A stretch of DNA of 64,000 bases, taken from positions 1,888,001-1,952,000 of the forward strand of contig OY970166.1 of the NCBI GenBank assembly GCA_963706595.1. The letters run 5' to 3'. The translations under genes and the position numbers were made by a program. Position 1 is the stretch's first letter. Each line of letters begins with the position of its first letter. The notes beneath the pieces are model-generated. The model worked only from the letters and a program-made list of their open reading frames with translations. It did no database searches and was not told the origin of the DNA. Of the stretch, positions 50,049-60,862 are shown piece by piece. Source of the stretch: an uncultured cyanobacterium (GTDB taxonomy: Bacteria; Cyanobacteriota; Cyanobacteriia; Cyanobacteriales; Nostocaceae).

Positions 50049-53000
50049 ATGGCTGCTTCTAAAATTGAAGCTGAATTAGAGCAATTGCAAGATCAGATCA
50101 GCAATTGTGAAAAATCTCTGCTGAAGCTTATACAGGGAAAAAAAATTATGGTGACAAACGTACCGCTAAACACTAGCGAAATAAATAGACAACTGCGACA
50201 TACCCAGATTGCTATTGTTGGCATGGCTTCTATCTTTCCCCAAGCCAAAAACTTACAGGAATATTGGGAAAATATAATTCAGAAAGTTGATTGTATTACG
50301 GATGTTCCACCTTCTCGTTGGAACATAGATGATTATTACGACGCGAACCCCAGAACACCTGACAAAACTTACTGTAAACGGGGTGGATTTATCCCAGATG
50401 TCGATTTCAATCCGATGGAATTTGGTTTACCACCCAATATTTTAGAAGTTACAGATATTTCCCAGTTGTTAGGTTTGCTGGTTGCTAAATCTGCCATCGA
50501 AGATGCTGGCTATGGTGAATCTCGGCAATTTAATCGCGAACGCACTGGTGTAGTGTTGGGTGTTGCTGTCGGTAGACAATTGGCTTTACCACTCAGTTCC
50601 AGAATGCAGTATCCCGTTTGGGAAAAAGTTCTTAAAAGCAGTGGCTTATCTGATGAAGATACCCAAAGCATAGTTGAGAAAATCAAAAGCGCTTATGTGC
50701 AGTGGAATGAGAACGCCTTCCCAGGGATGTTAGCTAATGTCATTACTGGACGAATTGCTAACCGCCTAGATTTAGGGGGAATGAATTGTGTAGTCGATGC
50801 TGCTTGTGCCAGTTCTTTGGGGGCGCTGAAAATCGCTATTAGTGAACTAGTTGAACATCGCTCTGACATGATGCTGACTGGCGGAGTTGACACAGATAAC
50901 ACCATCATGGCTTATATGTGTTTCAGTAAAACCCCTGCTGTTTCCCCCAGTGAGAATGTGAAACCATTCGATGCTGGTTCTGATGGGATGATGCTGGGCG
51001 AAGGTGTGGGAATGTTGGTACTGAAGCGCTTGGAAGATGCCGAGCGAGACAATGACCGGATCTATGCAGTAATTAAAGGTATTGGCAGTTCTAGCGATGG
51101 TCGCTATAAAAGCATTTATGCACCTCGTCCAGAAGGTCAAATTAAAGCTATACATCGCGCTTATGAAGATGCCGACTGTGCGCCTGCAAGTGTGGGTTTA
51201 ATTGAAGCCCACGGTACTGGAACTCTCGCTGGAGATCCCACAGAATTCACATCTATTAAAGCAGTTTTTGGGGAAAATAACCCCAAACAACAATATATTG
51301 CGCTAGGAAGTGTCAAATCACAGATTGGACATACAAAAGCGGCGGCGGGTGCGGCGAGTTTAATTAAAACTGCTTTGGCTCTGCATCATAAAGTATTGCC
51401 ACCCACAATTAACATTACTCAACCTCACCCTAAACTCAATATTGAAAGTTCTCCGTTTTATTTAAACACGGAAACCAGACCTTGGATTGCTACCGATGAC
51501 CAACCCAGAAGGGCTGGAGTCAGTGCTTTTGGCTTTGGTGGGACTAACTATCATGTTGTTTTGGAAGAATACAAACACGAACACAACCAGCCCTATCGCC
51601 TACATAATACTTTCCAGTCGGTATTGATATCAGCTAAAACACCCGCAGAGTTGTTATCGCGCTGTGAAGAAATCCAAAATCAACTAAAATCTGATGCGGG
51701 AGAACGGCATTATGCAGAACTAATTGCGGCTGCTAAAGCTTTAGAAATACCAATCGCAGATGCTAGAGTCGGGTTTGTGGCTAATTCTCTAACTCAAGCT
51801 GGTGAGTTGTTACAAAAATCTATTGACTTGCTGAAAAACAAGTTAGAAGCGGAATCTTGGGAACATCCCCAAGGGATTTATTACCGTAAAACTGGTATCA
51901 GTAAACAGCAGAAGGTTGTAGCGCTGTTTTCTGGTCAAGGCTCGCAATACTTAGAAATGGGTCGGGAATTGGTAATTAACTTTCCCTGCTTACGCCAGAC
52001 TTATGCAGAGATGGACAGGCTTTTATGCCAAGATGGTTTACAGCCTGTTTCGGAAGTTGTATTTCCGAATCCTGTGTTTAATCCAGAATCAAAAGCCGCC
52101 CAGATGTCAGCTTTGCAATTGACAGAATATGCACAGCCAGCAATTGGGGCTTTTAGTGCGGGTCTGTATAAGATTCTCCAACAAGCGGGCTTTAAAGCAG
52201 ATATGGTCGCCGGACATAGTTTCGGAGAGCTTACGGCTTTATGGGTTGCGGGAGTTTTGAGTGAGGAGGATTATTACTTCTTGGTGAAGGCTAGGGGTCA
52301 AGCTATGGCTACACCTCAAGACTCCAAGTTGGATAATGGAACTATGTTGGCGGTGAAAGGAGATGTGAGTCAGGTTAAAGCACTGATTCAAGATTTCCCT
52401 CTGGTTAATATTGCTAATTTGAATTCCCATCAACAAATGGTGCTGGCGGGGACAAAGGCGGAAATTGCTAAAGTTGAAGAGTTGCTGACGGCGAAAGGGT
52501 TCCATACGGTATTGCTGAAAGTTTCCGCAGCTTTTCATACCTCTTTGGTGGCTTATGCTCTGAAACCTTTTGCTCAGGCTATTGAAAGGGTGAGTTTGCA
52601 GCCGCCACAAATACCGGTGTATACCAATTTTACTGGGACTCCTTACCCCAATCAGCCAAAATTTATTCAGAATATTCTTCAAGAACATCTGGGAAATCAG
52701 GTGTTGTTTGAAGAGGAAATTGAAAACATTTATGCTGAAGGCGGTTATTGCTTTGTGGAATTTGGTCCACGCAATACTCTGACTAATTTAGTTAAGGAGA
52801 TTCTGGGCGCGAGATCCCATATAGCTGTAGCGTTAAATACTCATCCTCAAAAAGATAGCGATCGCACTCTCCGAGAAGCTGTTGTACAATTACGTGTCGC
52901 TGGTTTACCTCTGCTCAACCTAGACCCTTATCAACAGTCTCGCCCCATTCCCGCAGAACCTCAAACTAAAGTCTTGAATGTGCGCTTAAATAGCACCAAT

Positions 53001-56000
53001 TATGTCTCGGACAAGACGAAGCAGTTATTTGAAAAGGCTCTACAAAATGGGCATCAAGCAAAATTGCCCGTTAGCAATGGTAATCACTCCACAATATCAA
53101 ACCTTTTCACTGCCGAAACCTTGCAGGAAGAAGCTATACCTACAAAGAACATAGCAGTCAATGGTCAAGCTAAATCACCTACAGAAAAAGTAGCAGTCAA
53201 TGGTCGAACTAAATCACCTACAGAAAAAGTAGCAGTCAATGGTCGAACTAAATCTATGAAAAACGGGAAATCAGACAAGCAGGATATCAAGTATATACCA
53301 ACCAATCCCGACGCATCTGTGGATTACCAGAGAGCCATAGATAACTTAGAATACACCCTGATTGAATTCAATCGCCATCAACGTCAGATTTTGCAGGTTC
53401 ATGAACAGTCTTTGAAGCATCAGACAGAATATACCAAAACCTTCTTCGGGCTGATGCAACAACAGCAAATCTTGTGGGGAAATGGTAGATTCATTCAGCA
53501 ACAACCGCAAACCCAGCAACTTGCTATCTCCAGTTCCGAGCGTAGCATCATGCGGTTCCACCAACATCAAGCTGACAGCCTCCGCATTCATCAGCAGTAC
53601 CTGAACCATCAGCAAGAATATACTAATAACTTCTTCCAATTAGTTCAGCAACATCAACTGCCAACTAGCGATTATACCACAGAACACAGTTTGATTCCGT
53701 CGTTCCAATATCAAGATAGTTCTACTATTCCTACATACCCAGAATATCAGCCGATTCCAGTAAAAACCCCATCGGCTGTGGCGAATAAACCTGAGCCAGT
53801 TTCCACTAATGGTAATGGTAACGGCACACATCATCAAGCAACAACAGTTCTAGATATCATTGCGCCCCAGGAGAATCTAACTGCAACTACAACCATAGTA
53901 GCTGCACCACCAATAGAGCCAGTAGAGATTGATGCGGCTACCCTCAGTCAAACCCTGCTGACTATTGTTAGTGATAAGACAGGCTACCCCAGCGAAATGT
54001 TAGAGATGTCAATGGACATTGAAGCTGATTTGGGGATTGATTCCATCAAACGGGTGGAGATTTTAGGAGCATTATTAGAAATATATCCCGATTTACCTCA
54101 GCCGAATCCAGAGGAACTAGCACAGCTACGCACCCTCGCTGAAATAGCTGAGTATATCAGAACTTTAGCGCCACAAAACTCAGTCACGTCTGCAACCATC
54201 AATGAGGTATTAGAAACAGCAGAAAAAGTTGAAGAAGAAGAACAAGTTGAAGAAACAGTAATATCTCCCTCACCTTCTGCAATTCCAGATAATCTCAGCC
54301 AAATACTGCTCACCATCGTCAGTGATAAAACAGGCTACCCCAGCGAAATGTTAGAGATGTCGATGGATATTGAAGCTGATTTGGGGATTGATTCCATCAA
54401 ACGGGTGGAGATTTTAGGAGCATTATTAGAGCTATACCCCGATTTACCCCAGCCAAATCCTGAAGAAGTAGCTCCACTGCGTACTCTGGAAGAAATTGTT
54501 GATTATATAGAACAAACGGCGGAAATGTTCGCAAAAGGAATGCTATCCACACAGGAGGAAGCAGGGGTGCAGGGGGAAGAAGCAGGAGGGGTGCAGGGTG
54601 CAGGGAGCAGGGGGGAAGGAGTAGAAGAAGCAGGGGTGCAGGGTGCAGGGTGCAGGGGGGAAGGAGTCGAAGAAGCAGGGGTGCAGGGTGCAGGGTGCAG
54701 GGGGGAAGGAGTCGAAGAAGCAGGGGTGCAGGGTGCAGGGTGCAGGGGGGAAGGAGTAGGGAGTAGTTATTCTTCTGAGAGCCACTCGCTAATTCGCCGC
54801 AGCCCTGTTAAACTGAAATTTCTGCCTGAACCTGATGTTTTAGATTTTACTTTACCTGCACAGCATATTGCTTTGCTCACTGATGACGGTTCCCTGACTA
54901 CTACAAAGTTAGCTGAGGCTTTAAGCAAGCGGGGCTGGAAAACCGTTGTTTTAAGTTTCCCTCAAACTCTGATTGGTAAACAATCGCCTTTACCTGACAG
55001 TATAAATCGGGTAGTGCTATCAGATTTGAGCGAGGAACATTTGCAACAACAGTTAGGTGCGATCGCCTCTGAATATGGTAAAGTAGCTGCATTTATTCAT
55101 CTCAATCCCCCAAATCTGCAAAATAGCAGTAATCATATCTGCTATCTGGAAACAGAAAAATCTATTCTGCGTCACGTCTTTCTCACCGCTAAATACCTCA
55201 AAGAATCTTTGAATCAAGCAGCCGAGTTAGGACGCAGTTGTTTCTTGACTGTGGCGCGTCTGGATGGCGAATTCGGACTAGGACAAAAAACTAACTTTGG
55301 CGCAATTAGTAGCGGTTTATTCGGACTCACCAAAACTGTCAACCAGGAATGGGAACCTGTATTTTGCCGAGCCTTAGATATCAGTCCTGATTTAGATGCT
55401 CAAACTTCAGTAGAGCATATCCTGGCTGAACTTCACGACCATAATCGCTTGGTTGTGGAAGTGGGATATACTGCACAAGGACGCAAAACCTTAATCTGCG
55501 AACCAAAATCAGATGATATTTTTGCCAACTCAATACCTCATCCCCAATCTCAAGTATTTCTCGTCAGTGGTGGTGCAAAGGGGATAACGGCTAAATGTGT
55601 GATTGAATTAGCACAGCGTTATCAATGCAGATTTATTCTCCTGGGGCGTTCTGCGGCTGAACCGGAACCTGTATGGGCGGAAGGTTATGTTGGCGAAGCG
55701 GAATTGAAAAAGCGAATTATGGAGGATTTCATCGCTAAAGGAGATAAACCTACACCTGTAATGGTGCAGAAAAAGTTTCAAACTATTGCATCCAGACGGG
55801 AAATAGCCGCTACCTTAGAAGCCATTGCACAGGCGGGTGGACAAGCCGAATACTTGAGTGTGGATGTCACCGATGCCATGATGCTTTCTGAAAAAGTTGC
55901 TAGTGCTGTGGAGCGTTTGGGGCCAGTTACAGGTATTATTCATGCAGCCGGGAATCTTGCTGATAAACGGATTGAGAAGAAAACACTCCAAGATTTTGAA

Positions 56001-57239
56001 ACGGTTTATGCTGCTAAGGTTAAAGGTTTAGAAAACCTGCTACGGTGTATACCAGCTAGTGAATTGCAATATTTAGTTCTGTTTTCCTCGGTGGTGGGAT
56101 TTTATGGCAATGTGGGACAATCTGATTATGCGATCGCTAATGAAATTCTCAACAAATCAGCCCATCTGTTCAAACGCAACCATCCGAATTGTCATGTAGT
56201 CGCCATTAACTGGGGTCCTTGGGATAGTGGAATGGTATCTCCAGAATTAAAAAAAGCTTTTGCTGAACGCAATATCGAGACAATTCCCCTAGAAACTGGC
56301 GCACAGATGTTAGTTTCGGAACTGGAACAAAAAAATCAGCCAACTACACAAGTAGTAATTGGTAGTCCCCTGGTTTACACCCCAGGAGCATTAAACCCAG
56401 AGTTAAAAAGCTTTCGCATCCAGAGGAAATTAACATTAGCCGCAAACCCATTTTTACATGACCATGTAATTGCAGGTAAACCAGTTCTTCCCGCCACTTG
56501 TGCCTTTTCCTGGATTGCTAATAGCTGTGAACAACTCTATCCCGGTTACAAATTCTTTAGTTGCCAAAACTTCAAGGTTTTGAAGGGAATTATCTTTGAT
56601 GGTCAGCAAGCAAATCAATACACGTTAGATTTAGTAGAAATTTCTAAATCTGATGATCATGAAATCGAATTTCAGGCTAAAGTATGGAGTAAGAATGCCG
56701 ATAAAATCCGTTATAATTTCAGTGCTAATATCAAATTGCGAAAACAAATTCCAGTAGCTCCCACTTATGACTTATTTAACCCGGAGCGCACAAACCCCGA
56801 TATCAGCACATCATTCTATCAAAACGGGGCATCAAGTTTATTTCATGGTTCAGCTTTCCAGGGCGTAGAAAGTGTTTTAAATATTAGTCCTGAGACCATA
56901 ACTATAGATTGCCTAGTGCCTCAAGTAGAAGCAACAAAACAAGGACAATTTCTAGTTCAAACATTCAACCCTTACATTGTTGATGTTCAGATTCATGCTC
57001 TGTGGATTTGGTCTCAATATTATCACCAAGTAGGTTGTTTACCTTCAGAAATCAATAACTTTGAGCAGTTTGCAGAACTCCCCTTTGGTGAAAAACTGTA
57101 CATCTCTTGCGAAGTTAAATCAAGGACAAACTCGGCAATGGTTGTTAATGTGATCACACACGATGCTCAAGGAAAAATATATACCCGAATGATGGACGCT
57201 AGAGGCATTGTTTTACCCCAACAATTAGAAAAAATTTAA
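50049..57239 (+). CDS. Iterative type I PKS, HglE/PfaA-like: KS-AT-ACP-ACP-KR-DH
   Basis: KS DAACASS/EAHGTGT/GHTKAAAG; AT GHSFGE, AAFH; two LGIDSIKRVEI ACPs; KR VSGGAKGIT..YAIANE; DH FLHDHVIAGKPVLP; start could be 50148. Confidence 0.92.
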   Translation: MAASKIEAELEQLQDQISNCEKSLLKLIQGKKIMVTNVPLNTSEINRQLRHTQIAIVGMASIFPQAKNLQEYWENIIQKVDCITDVPPSRWNIDDYYDANPRTPDKTYCKRGGFIPDVDFNPMEFGLPPNILEVTDISQLLGLLVAKSAIEDAGYGESRQFNRERTGVVLGVAVGRQLALPLSSRMQYPVWEKVLKSSGLSDEDTQSIVEKIKSAYVQWNENAFPGMLANVITGRIANRLDLGGMNCVVDAACASSLGALKIAISELVEHRSDMMLTGGVDTDNTIMAYMCFSKTPAVSPSENVKPFDAGSDGMMLGEGVGMLVLKRLEDAERDNDRIYAVIKGIGSSSDGRYKSIYAPRPEGQIKAIHRAYEDADCAPASVGLIEAHGTGTLAGDPTEFTSIKAVFGENNPKQQYIALGSVKSQIGHTKAAAGAASLIKTALALHHKVLPPTINITQPHPKLNIESSPFYLNTETRPWIATDDQPRRAGVSAFGFGGTNYHVVLEEYKHEHNQPYRLHNTFQSVLISAKTPAELLSRCEEIQNQLKSDAGERHYAELIAAAKALEIPIADARVGFVANSLTQAGELLQKSIDLLKNKLEAESWEHPQGIYYRKTGISKQQKVVALFSGQGSQYLEMGRELVINFPCLRQTYAEMDRLLCQDGLQPVSEVVFPNPVFNPESKAAQMSALQLTEYAQPAIGAFSAGLYKILQQAGFKADMVAGHSFGELTALWVAGVLSEEDYYFLVKARGQAMATPQDSKLDNGTMLAVKGDVSQVKALIQDFPLVNIANLNSHQQMVLAGTKAEIAKVEELLTAKGFHTVLLKVSAAFHTSLVAYALKPFAQAIERVSLQPPQIPVYTNFTGTPYPNQPKFIQNILQEHLGNQVLFEEEIENIYAEGGYCFVEFGPRNTLTNLVKEILGARSHIAVALNTHPQKDSDRTLREAVVQLRVAGLPLLNLDPYQQSRPIPAEPQTKVLNVRLNSTNYVSDKTKQLFEKALQNGHQAKLPVSNGNHSTISNLFTAETLQEEAIPTKNIAVNGQAKSPTEKVAVNGRTKSPTEKVAVNGRTKSMKNGKSDKQDIKYIPTNPDASVDYQRAIDNLEYTLIEFNRHQRQILQVHEQSLKHQTEYTKTFFGLMQQQQILWGNGRFIQQQPQTQQLAISSSERSIMRFHQHQADSLRIHQQYLNHQQEYTNNFFQLVQQHQLPTSDYTTEHSLIPSFQYQDSSTIPTYPEYQPIPVKTPSAVANKPEPVSTNGNGNGTHHQATTVLDIIAPQENLTATTTIVAAPPIEPVEIDAATLSQTLLTIVSDKTGYPSEMLEMSMDIEADLGIDSIKRVEILGALLEIYPDLPQPNPEELAQLRTLAEIAEYIRTLAPQNSVTSATINEVLETAEKVEEEEQVEETVISPSPSAIPDNLSQILLTIVSDKTGYPSEMLEMSMDIEADLGIDSIKRVEILGALLELYPDLPQPNPEEVAPLRTLEEIVDYIEQTAEMFAKGMLSTQEEAGVQGEEAGGVQGAGSRGEGVEEAGVQGAGCRGEGVEEAGVQGAGCRGEGVEEAGVQGAGCRGEGVGSSYSSESHSLIRRSPVKLKFLPEPDVLDFTLPAQHIALLTDDGSLTTTKLAEALSKRGWKTVVLSFPQTLIGKQSPLPDSINRVVLSDLSEEHLQQQLGAIASEYGKVAAFIHLNPPNLQNSSNHICYLETEKSILRHVFLTAKYLKESLNQAAELGRSCFLTVARLDGEFGLGQKTNFGAISSGLFGLTKTVNQEWEPVFCRALDISPDLDAQTSVEHILAELHDHNRLVVEVGYTAQGRKTLICEPKSDDIFANSIPHPQSQVFLVSGGAKGITAKCVIELAQRYQCRFILLGRSAAEPEPVWAEGYVGEAELKKRIMEDFIAKGDKPTPVMVQKKFQTIASRREIAATLEAIAQAGGQAEYLSVDVTDAMMLSEKVASAVERLGPVTGIIHAAGNLADKRIEKKTLQDFETVYAAKVKGLENLLRCIPASELQYLVLFSSVVGFYGNVGQSDYAIANEILNKSAHLFKRNHPNCHVVAINWGPWDSGMVSPELKKAFAERNIETIPLETGAQMLVSELEQKNQPTTQVVIGSPLVYTPGALNPELKSFRIQRKLTLAANPFLHDHVIAGKPVLPATCAFSWIANSCEQLYPGYKFFSCQNFKVLKGIIFDGQQANQYTLDLVEISKSDDHEIEFQAKVWSKNADKIRYNFSANIKLRKQIPVAPTYDLFNPERTNPDISTSFYQNGASSLFHGSAFQGVESVLNISPETITIDCLVPQVEATKQGQFLVQTFNPYIVDVQIHALWIWSQYYHQVGCLPSEINNFEQFAELPFGEKLYISCEVKSRTNSAMVVNVITHDAQGKIYTRMMDARGIVLPQQLEKI
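54555..54760 (+). repeat. In-frame 45-bp repeats built from GGGTGCA heptamers within the PKS linker
   Basis: GAAGGA recurs at 54615, 54660, 54705 and 54750; encodes GVEEAGVQGAGCRGE repeats. Confidence 0.85.
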
Positions 57240-57416
57240 TCCGAAGTTTCTATGAAGACTAAGGCATTAAGACTCAGCCGATAGCTGCTATAGCCAGAAA
57301 ATGCGCCGAAATATATGACAACCACAAGCAGAAATTCGGCGCACGTCTTCATCATCAAAGGGGATTAAAAGACATTTACACATAATGTTTTACATTACAG
57401 TTTTAGGAGTTGGGCG

Positions 57417-60400
57417 ATGAAAAAAATAACACAAAATCAAATACCTAAAATAGCGATTGTGGGGATGGACTGCTATTTAGGTGGTGGCTGCCAAGGCTTA
57501 GATACTTTTGAACAGAGCATTTATGAAGGAACACAACATTTTATTCCCCTGCCTGAACAGCGATGGCAAGGAATAGAAAAGCCAGAAGAATTACTGAGTA
57601 AATATGGTTTTGACAGTGGTGAAGCACCATTAGGAGCATACATTCAAGATTGCCAAATTTTCCCAGAAGCAGGGGATAAATTTCATCCTCAAGAACTTTT
57701 GATGCTTCAGGTCGCTGATAATGCTTTAAAAGATGCGGGTATTCGTCCAGGGTCAAAGGTTGCAGTCGTAATCGTTAGTGCCAAAGAACTGGCGCTTTCT
57801 CAAAATACACAACTTGCATCCTCAGACATCGAGAATCGGCTAGCTAATGATATTTCTCAACAGTGGAAATTTACTGGAGCCGCATTTACATTAACGGCTG
57901 CACAAAGCTCTGTTTTTAAAGCCTTAGAAATGGCACAAAAGCTACTTGTTAATCAAGAAGTAGATGCTGTTTTAGTGGGTGCAGTAGAGCTAGCTGGGGA
58001 TAGTGCGAGTGTTTTACTCCGCAATCAAACAACCGCCATCAACACAGGCGTGAATACTCTCAGTTACGATGAAAATGCTAATGGCTGGATGGTAGGTGAA
58101 GGTGCAGCGGCCATTGTTTTAAAGCGCCATGAAACCGCCAAACAAGATCAGAACCGCATCTATGCAGTCATTGACGCGCTCAGTCTTGTAGAAAATGCCA
58201 AATCTCAAATCCACTCAATTCCTACTGCCATAGATGCAGAAACGATAACGCAAGCTTGTCAACAAGCTTTTCAGTTGGCAGATATCAAACCCACAGACAT
58301 CGGCTATTTAGAAGTTATTGGCAGTGGGATTCCATCACAAGATGAGTCGGAAATTCGGGGTTTGCTGCAAGCTTATGGGACTTCTGAAGCAAATCTTAGT
58401 TGTGCGCTGGGTAGTGCCAAAGCAAATGTCGGTCATACTTATGCGGTATCGGGGTTAGTTAGTATAGTCAAAACAGCACTTTGTCTATATCGCAGCTATA
58501 TTCCCGTGGTTCCCCAGTGGTCTGGCCCAAAATGCCAGAGATTTGGCAAAATAGCCCCTTTTATGTGGCGGCGGAATCCAAACCCTGGTTTTCAGATACC
58601 AGAATAGCTGCTGTTAACGGTATGGAGGTAGATGGGAGTTATGCACATTTAATTTTGTCAGAGGAAGTAGGTCAGCCAACGCATAGTAACAGGTATTTAG
58701 AACAAATTCCTGATTATTTGTTTGCGATCGCAGCTGATGATCAAGCCAGTTTATTAGAGCAGATCCAGATTCTACAACACACTATCACTGATTGCCCCTC
58801 TCTTAAAGCTGCTGCCAGTGAAACTTTTACAACTTTTCAAAAGCATCCAAATCCAACTTACACACTGTCTATTCTCGGACGCAATCAAGAGGAATTAAAC
58901 CGGGAAATTCAGCGCTCTTTCCAAGGTGTTAATATTGCCTTTGAAACAGGTAAAGACTGGCAAACTCCTGTAGGCAGCTATTTCACAACCAAACCACTAG
59001 GCAAAGATAATGATATCGCGTTTGTTTACTCTGGTTCTTTCAATGCTTATGTTGGCATCGCCCGGTATCTCTTCCGCTTCTTCCCCCAAATTTATGATGA
59101 CTTGCTCAATAGAGGCATTTACAACCGGGCTGCTAGTATAGAGAAATTGTTTTATCCTAGAAGCTTAAGAAAAATATCAAAAAGGCAATTAGAAACCATT
59201 GAACAAAAATGGATGGATGATCCAGTAACATTACTTGAATTTGAAATATGCTTCACTGGATTCATGACGGCAATTCTCAAAGATTGTTTTCAAATTAAAC
59301 CCAAAAGTGCATTTGGATATAGTCTGGGCGAAATTAGCATGATGTTTGCTCAGGGTGTTTGGAATAACTTTAACCAAAGTAGTCAAAACTTGTCTTCATC
59401 ATCTTTGTTTAAAAGCAGGCTGGCTGGCCCAAAGATGCCGTCCGCGAGTATTGGAAATTGCCTCAAGAAGATAATATTTCAGACGAAAATCTTTGGAATA
59501 ACTATGTGCTTTTATGTCCAGCATCCCGTGTTAGAGAGGCCATTAAATCAGAAAAACGCGTTTATTTATCTCTCATAAATACACCAGATGAAGTTATAAT
59601 TGCTGGTGAACCACAAGCCTGTGAGAGAGTCATTGAAAACCTCCAATGTGTTGCCTTTCCCACTGCTCTCAAGCACGTAGTTCATTGTCAGCCAATGTGT
59701 TCTGAGTATGATGAACTCGCCAAAATCAACACTTCACCTGTTGAAAAAGTCGAAAATACTGTTTTCTATTCCGCCGCAGAATACAAACCTATTCCTCTTG
59801 ATAGTAATTCTATTGGTAACAACATTGCCCAAACTCTATGTCAAGAGCTTGATTTCCCTCGGCTAGTTAACAGTGTCTACAATGATGGTGCTAAAATCTT
59901 TATTGAAGTAGGAGTTGGCGGTAACTGTTCACGATGGATTAGTAAAACACTCCAGGACAAAGAACACGTCGCAGTTTCTCTGAATAGAAGAGGCATAGAT
60001 GAGCATATTTCTATTATCAGAGTATTAGCAAAGCTGTTGAGTCATCGAGTTGAAATGGATTTATCGCCACTGTATGCTCTATCGCAAGAAAGTTCCAGCC
60101 AAAATCAATTAGGAATGGAAACTATCTCGTTGGGTAGTAATAAAGTTGAAGACATATTTCTCAGCGAGAATAACCAGACAAAATTCCCAGAAGCATTTTC
60201 TAGCTCATCAGATAATTCTTCTGCTCAAAACTATGAATTATTGCAAGTTAGTGAATTTGCCAAACCCACATATTCTGGGGATAAAAATTTGATGGTAATT
60301 GAGCCAAAGAGTCTTATGAATAACTTAATCACCGATACTTTACCAGAAAGTTTAAGTTTAGAACAAAGTCATAAAGCTTCTAGTGTTTTGGTGTGCGATC

Positions 60401-60693
60401 GCGCTATTTTACCGGAAGAAGAATTACTAGATGATCCTGTTTTGCTCACAGAAGCAGAAGATCATAAAAGCTTATTACCTGATGATTATGTAGCTGATAG
60501 CTTTGTTACCAAAAATCCAGAACCTAATTTACGTAGTCCTCACTATCAAAAGCTGTTTCATAACGCTTCCCAAATGACCGAAACTCACTCTATTCTACTA
60601 GAGTTTAGACAACAATCACTACATCAAATCAGCGCCACAATACATCAACAACTAGAGTTGTACCAAAAATTGTTTGAAGAATCAAGTCATTGA
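57417..60693 (+). CDS. HglC/PfaB-like chain-length-factor-acyltransferase protein, split by two -1 frameshifts (about 58530 and 59431), probably sequencing errors
   Basis: KS-like fold lacking the catalytic Cys (TAAQSSV), GEGAAAIVLK, GSAKANVGH; AT GYSLGE, FIEVG; adding one A after GGCCCAAA at both sites gives one ORF. Confidence 0.85.
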
Positions 60694-60862
60694 ATTTAGT
60701 ACAGCATTTCATCCATTCGTAACGAGTCAATTTGCTAAACCTCTGCGTAACTCCTCACGCCTTGGCGGTTAAAAAATTCTGATTATAGGCAATCGTGTAT
60801 TCAGTATATCTGCACTGTGATTTATCCCCAGATTACAGAAAAATTAAAAAGCTAAAAACCTG

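Noticed and set aside
54543..54785. Antisense ORF with PCTLHPCFF repeats
   Set aside because: Shadow of the repeat-derived PKS linker
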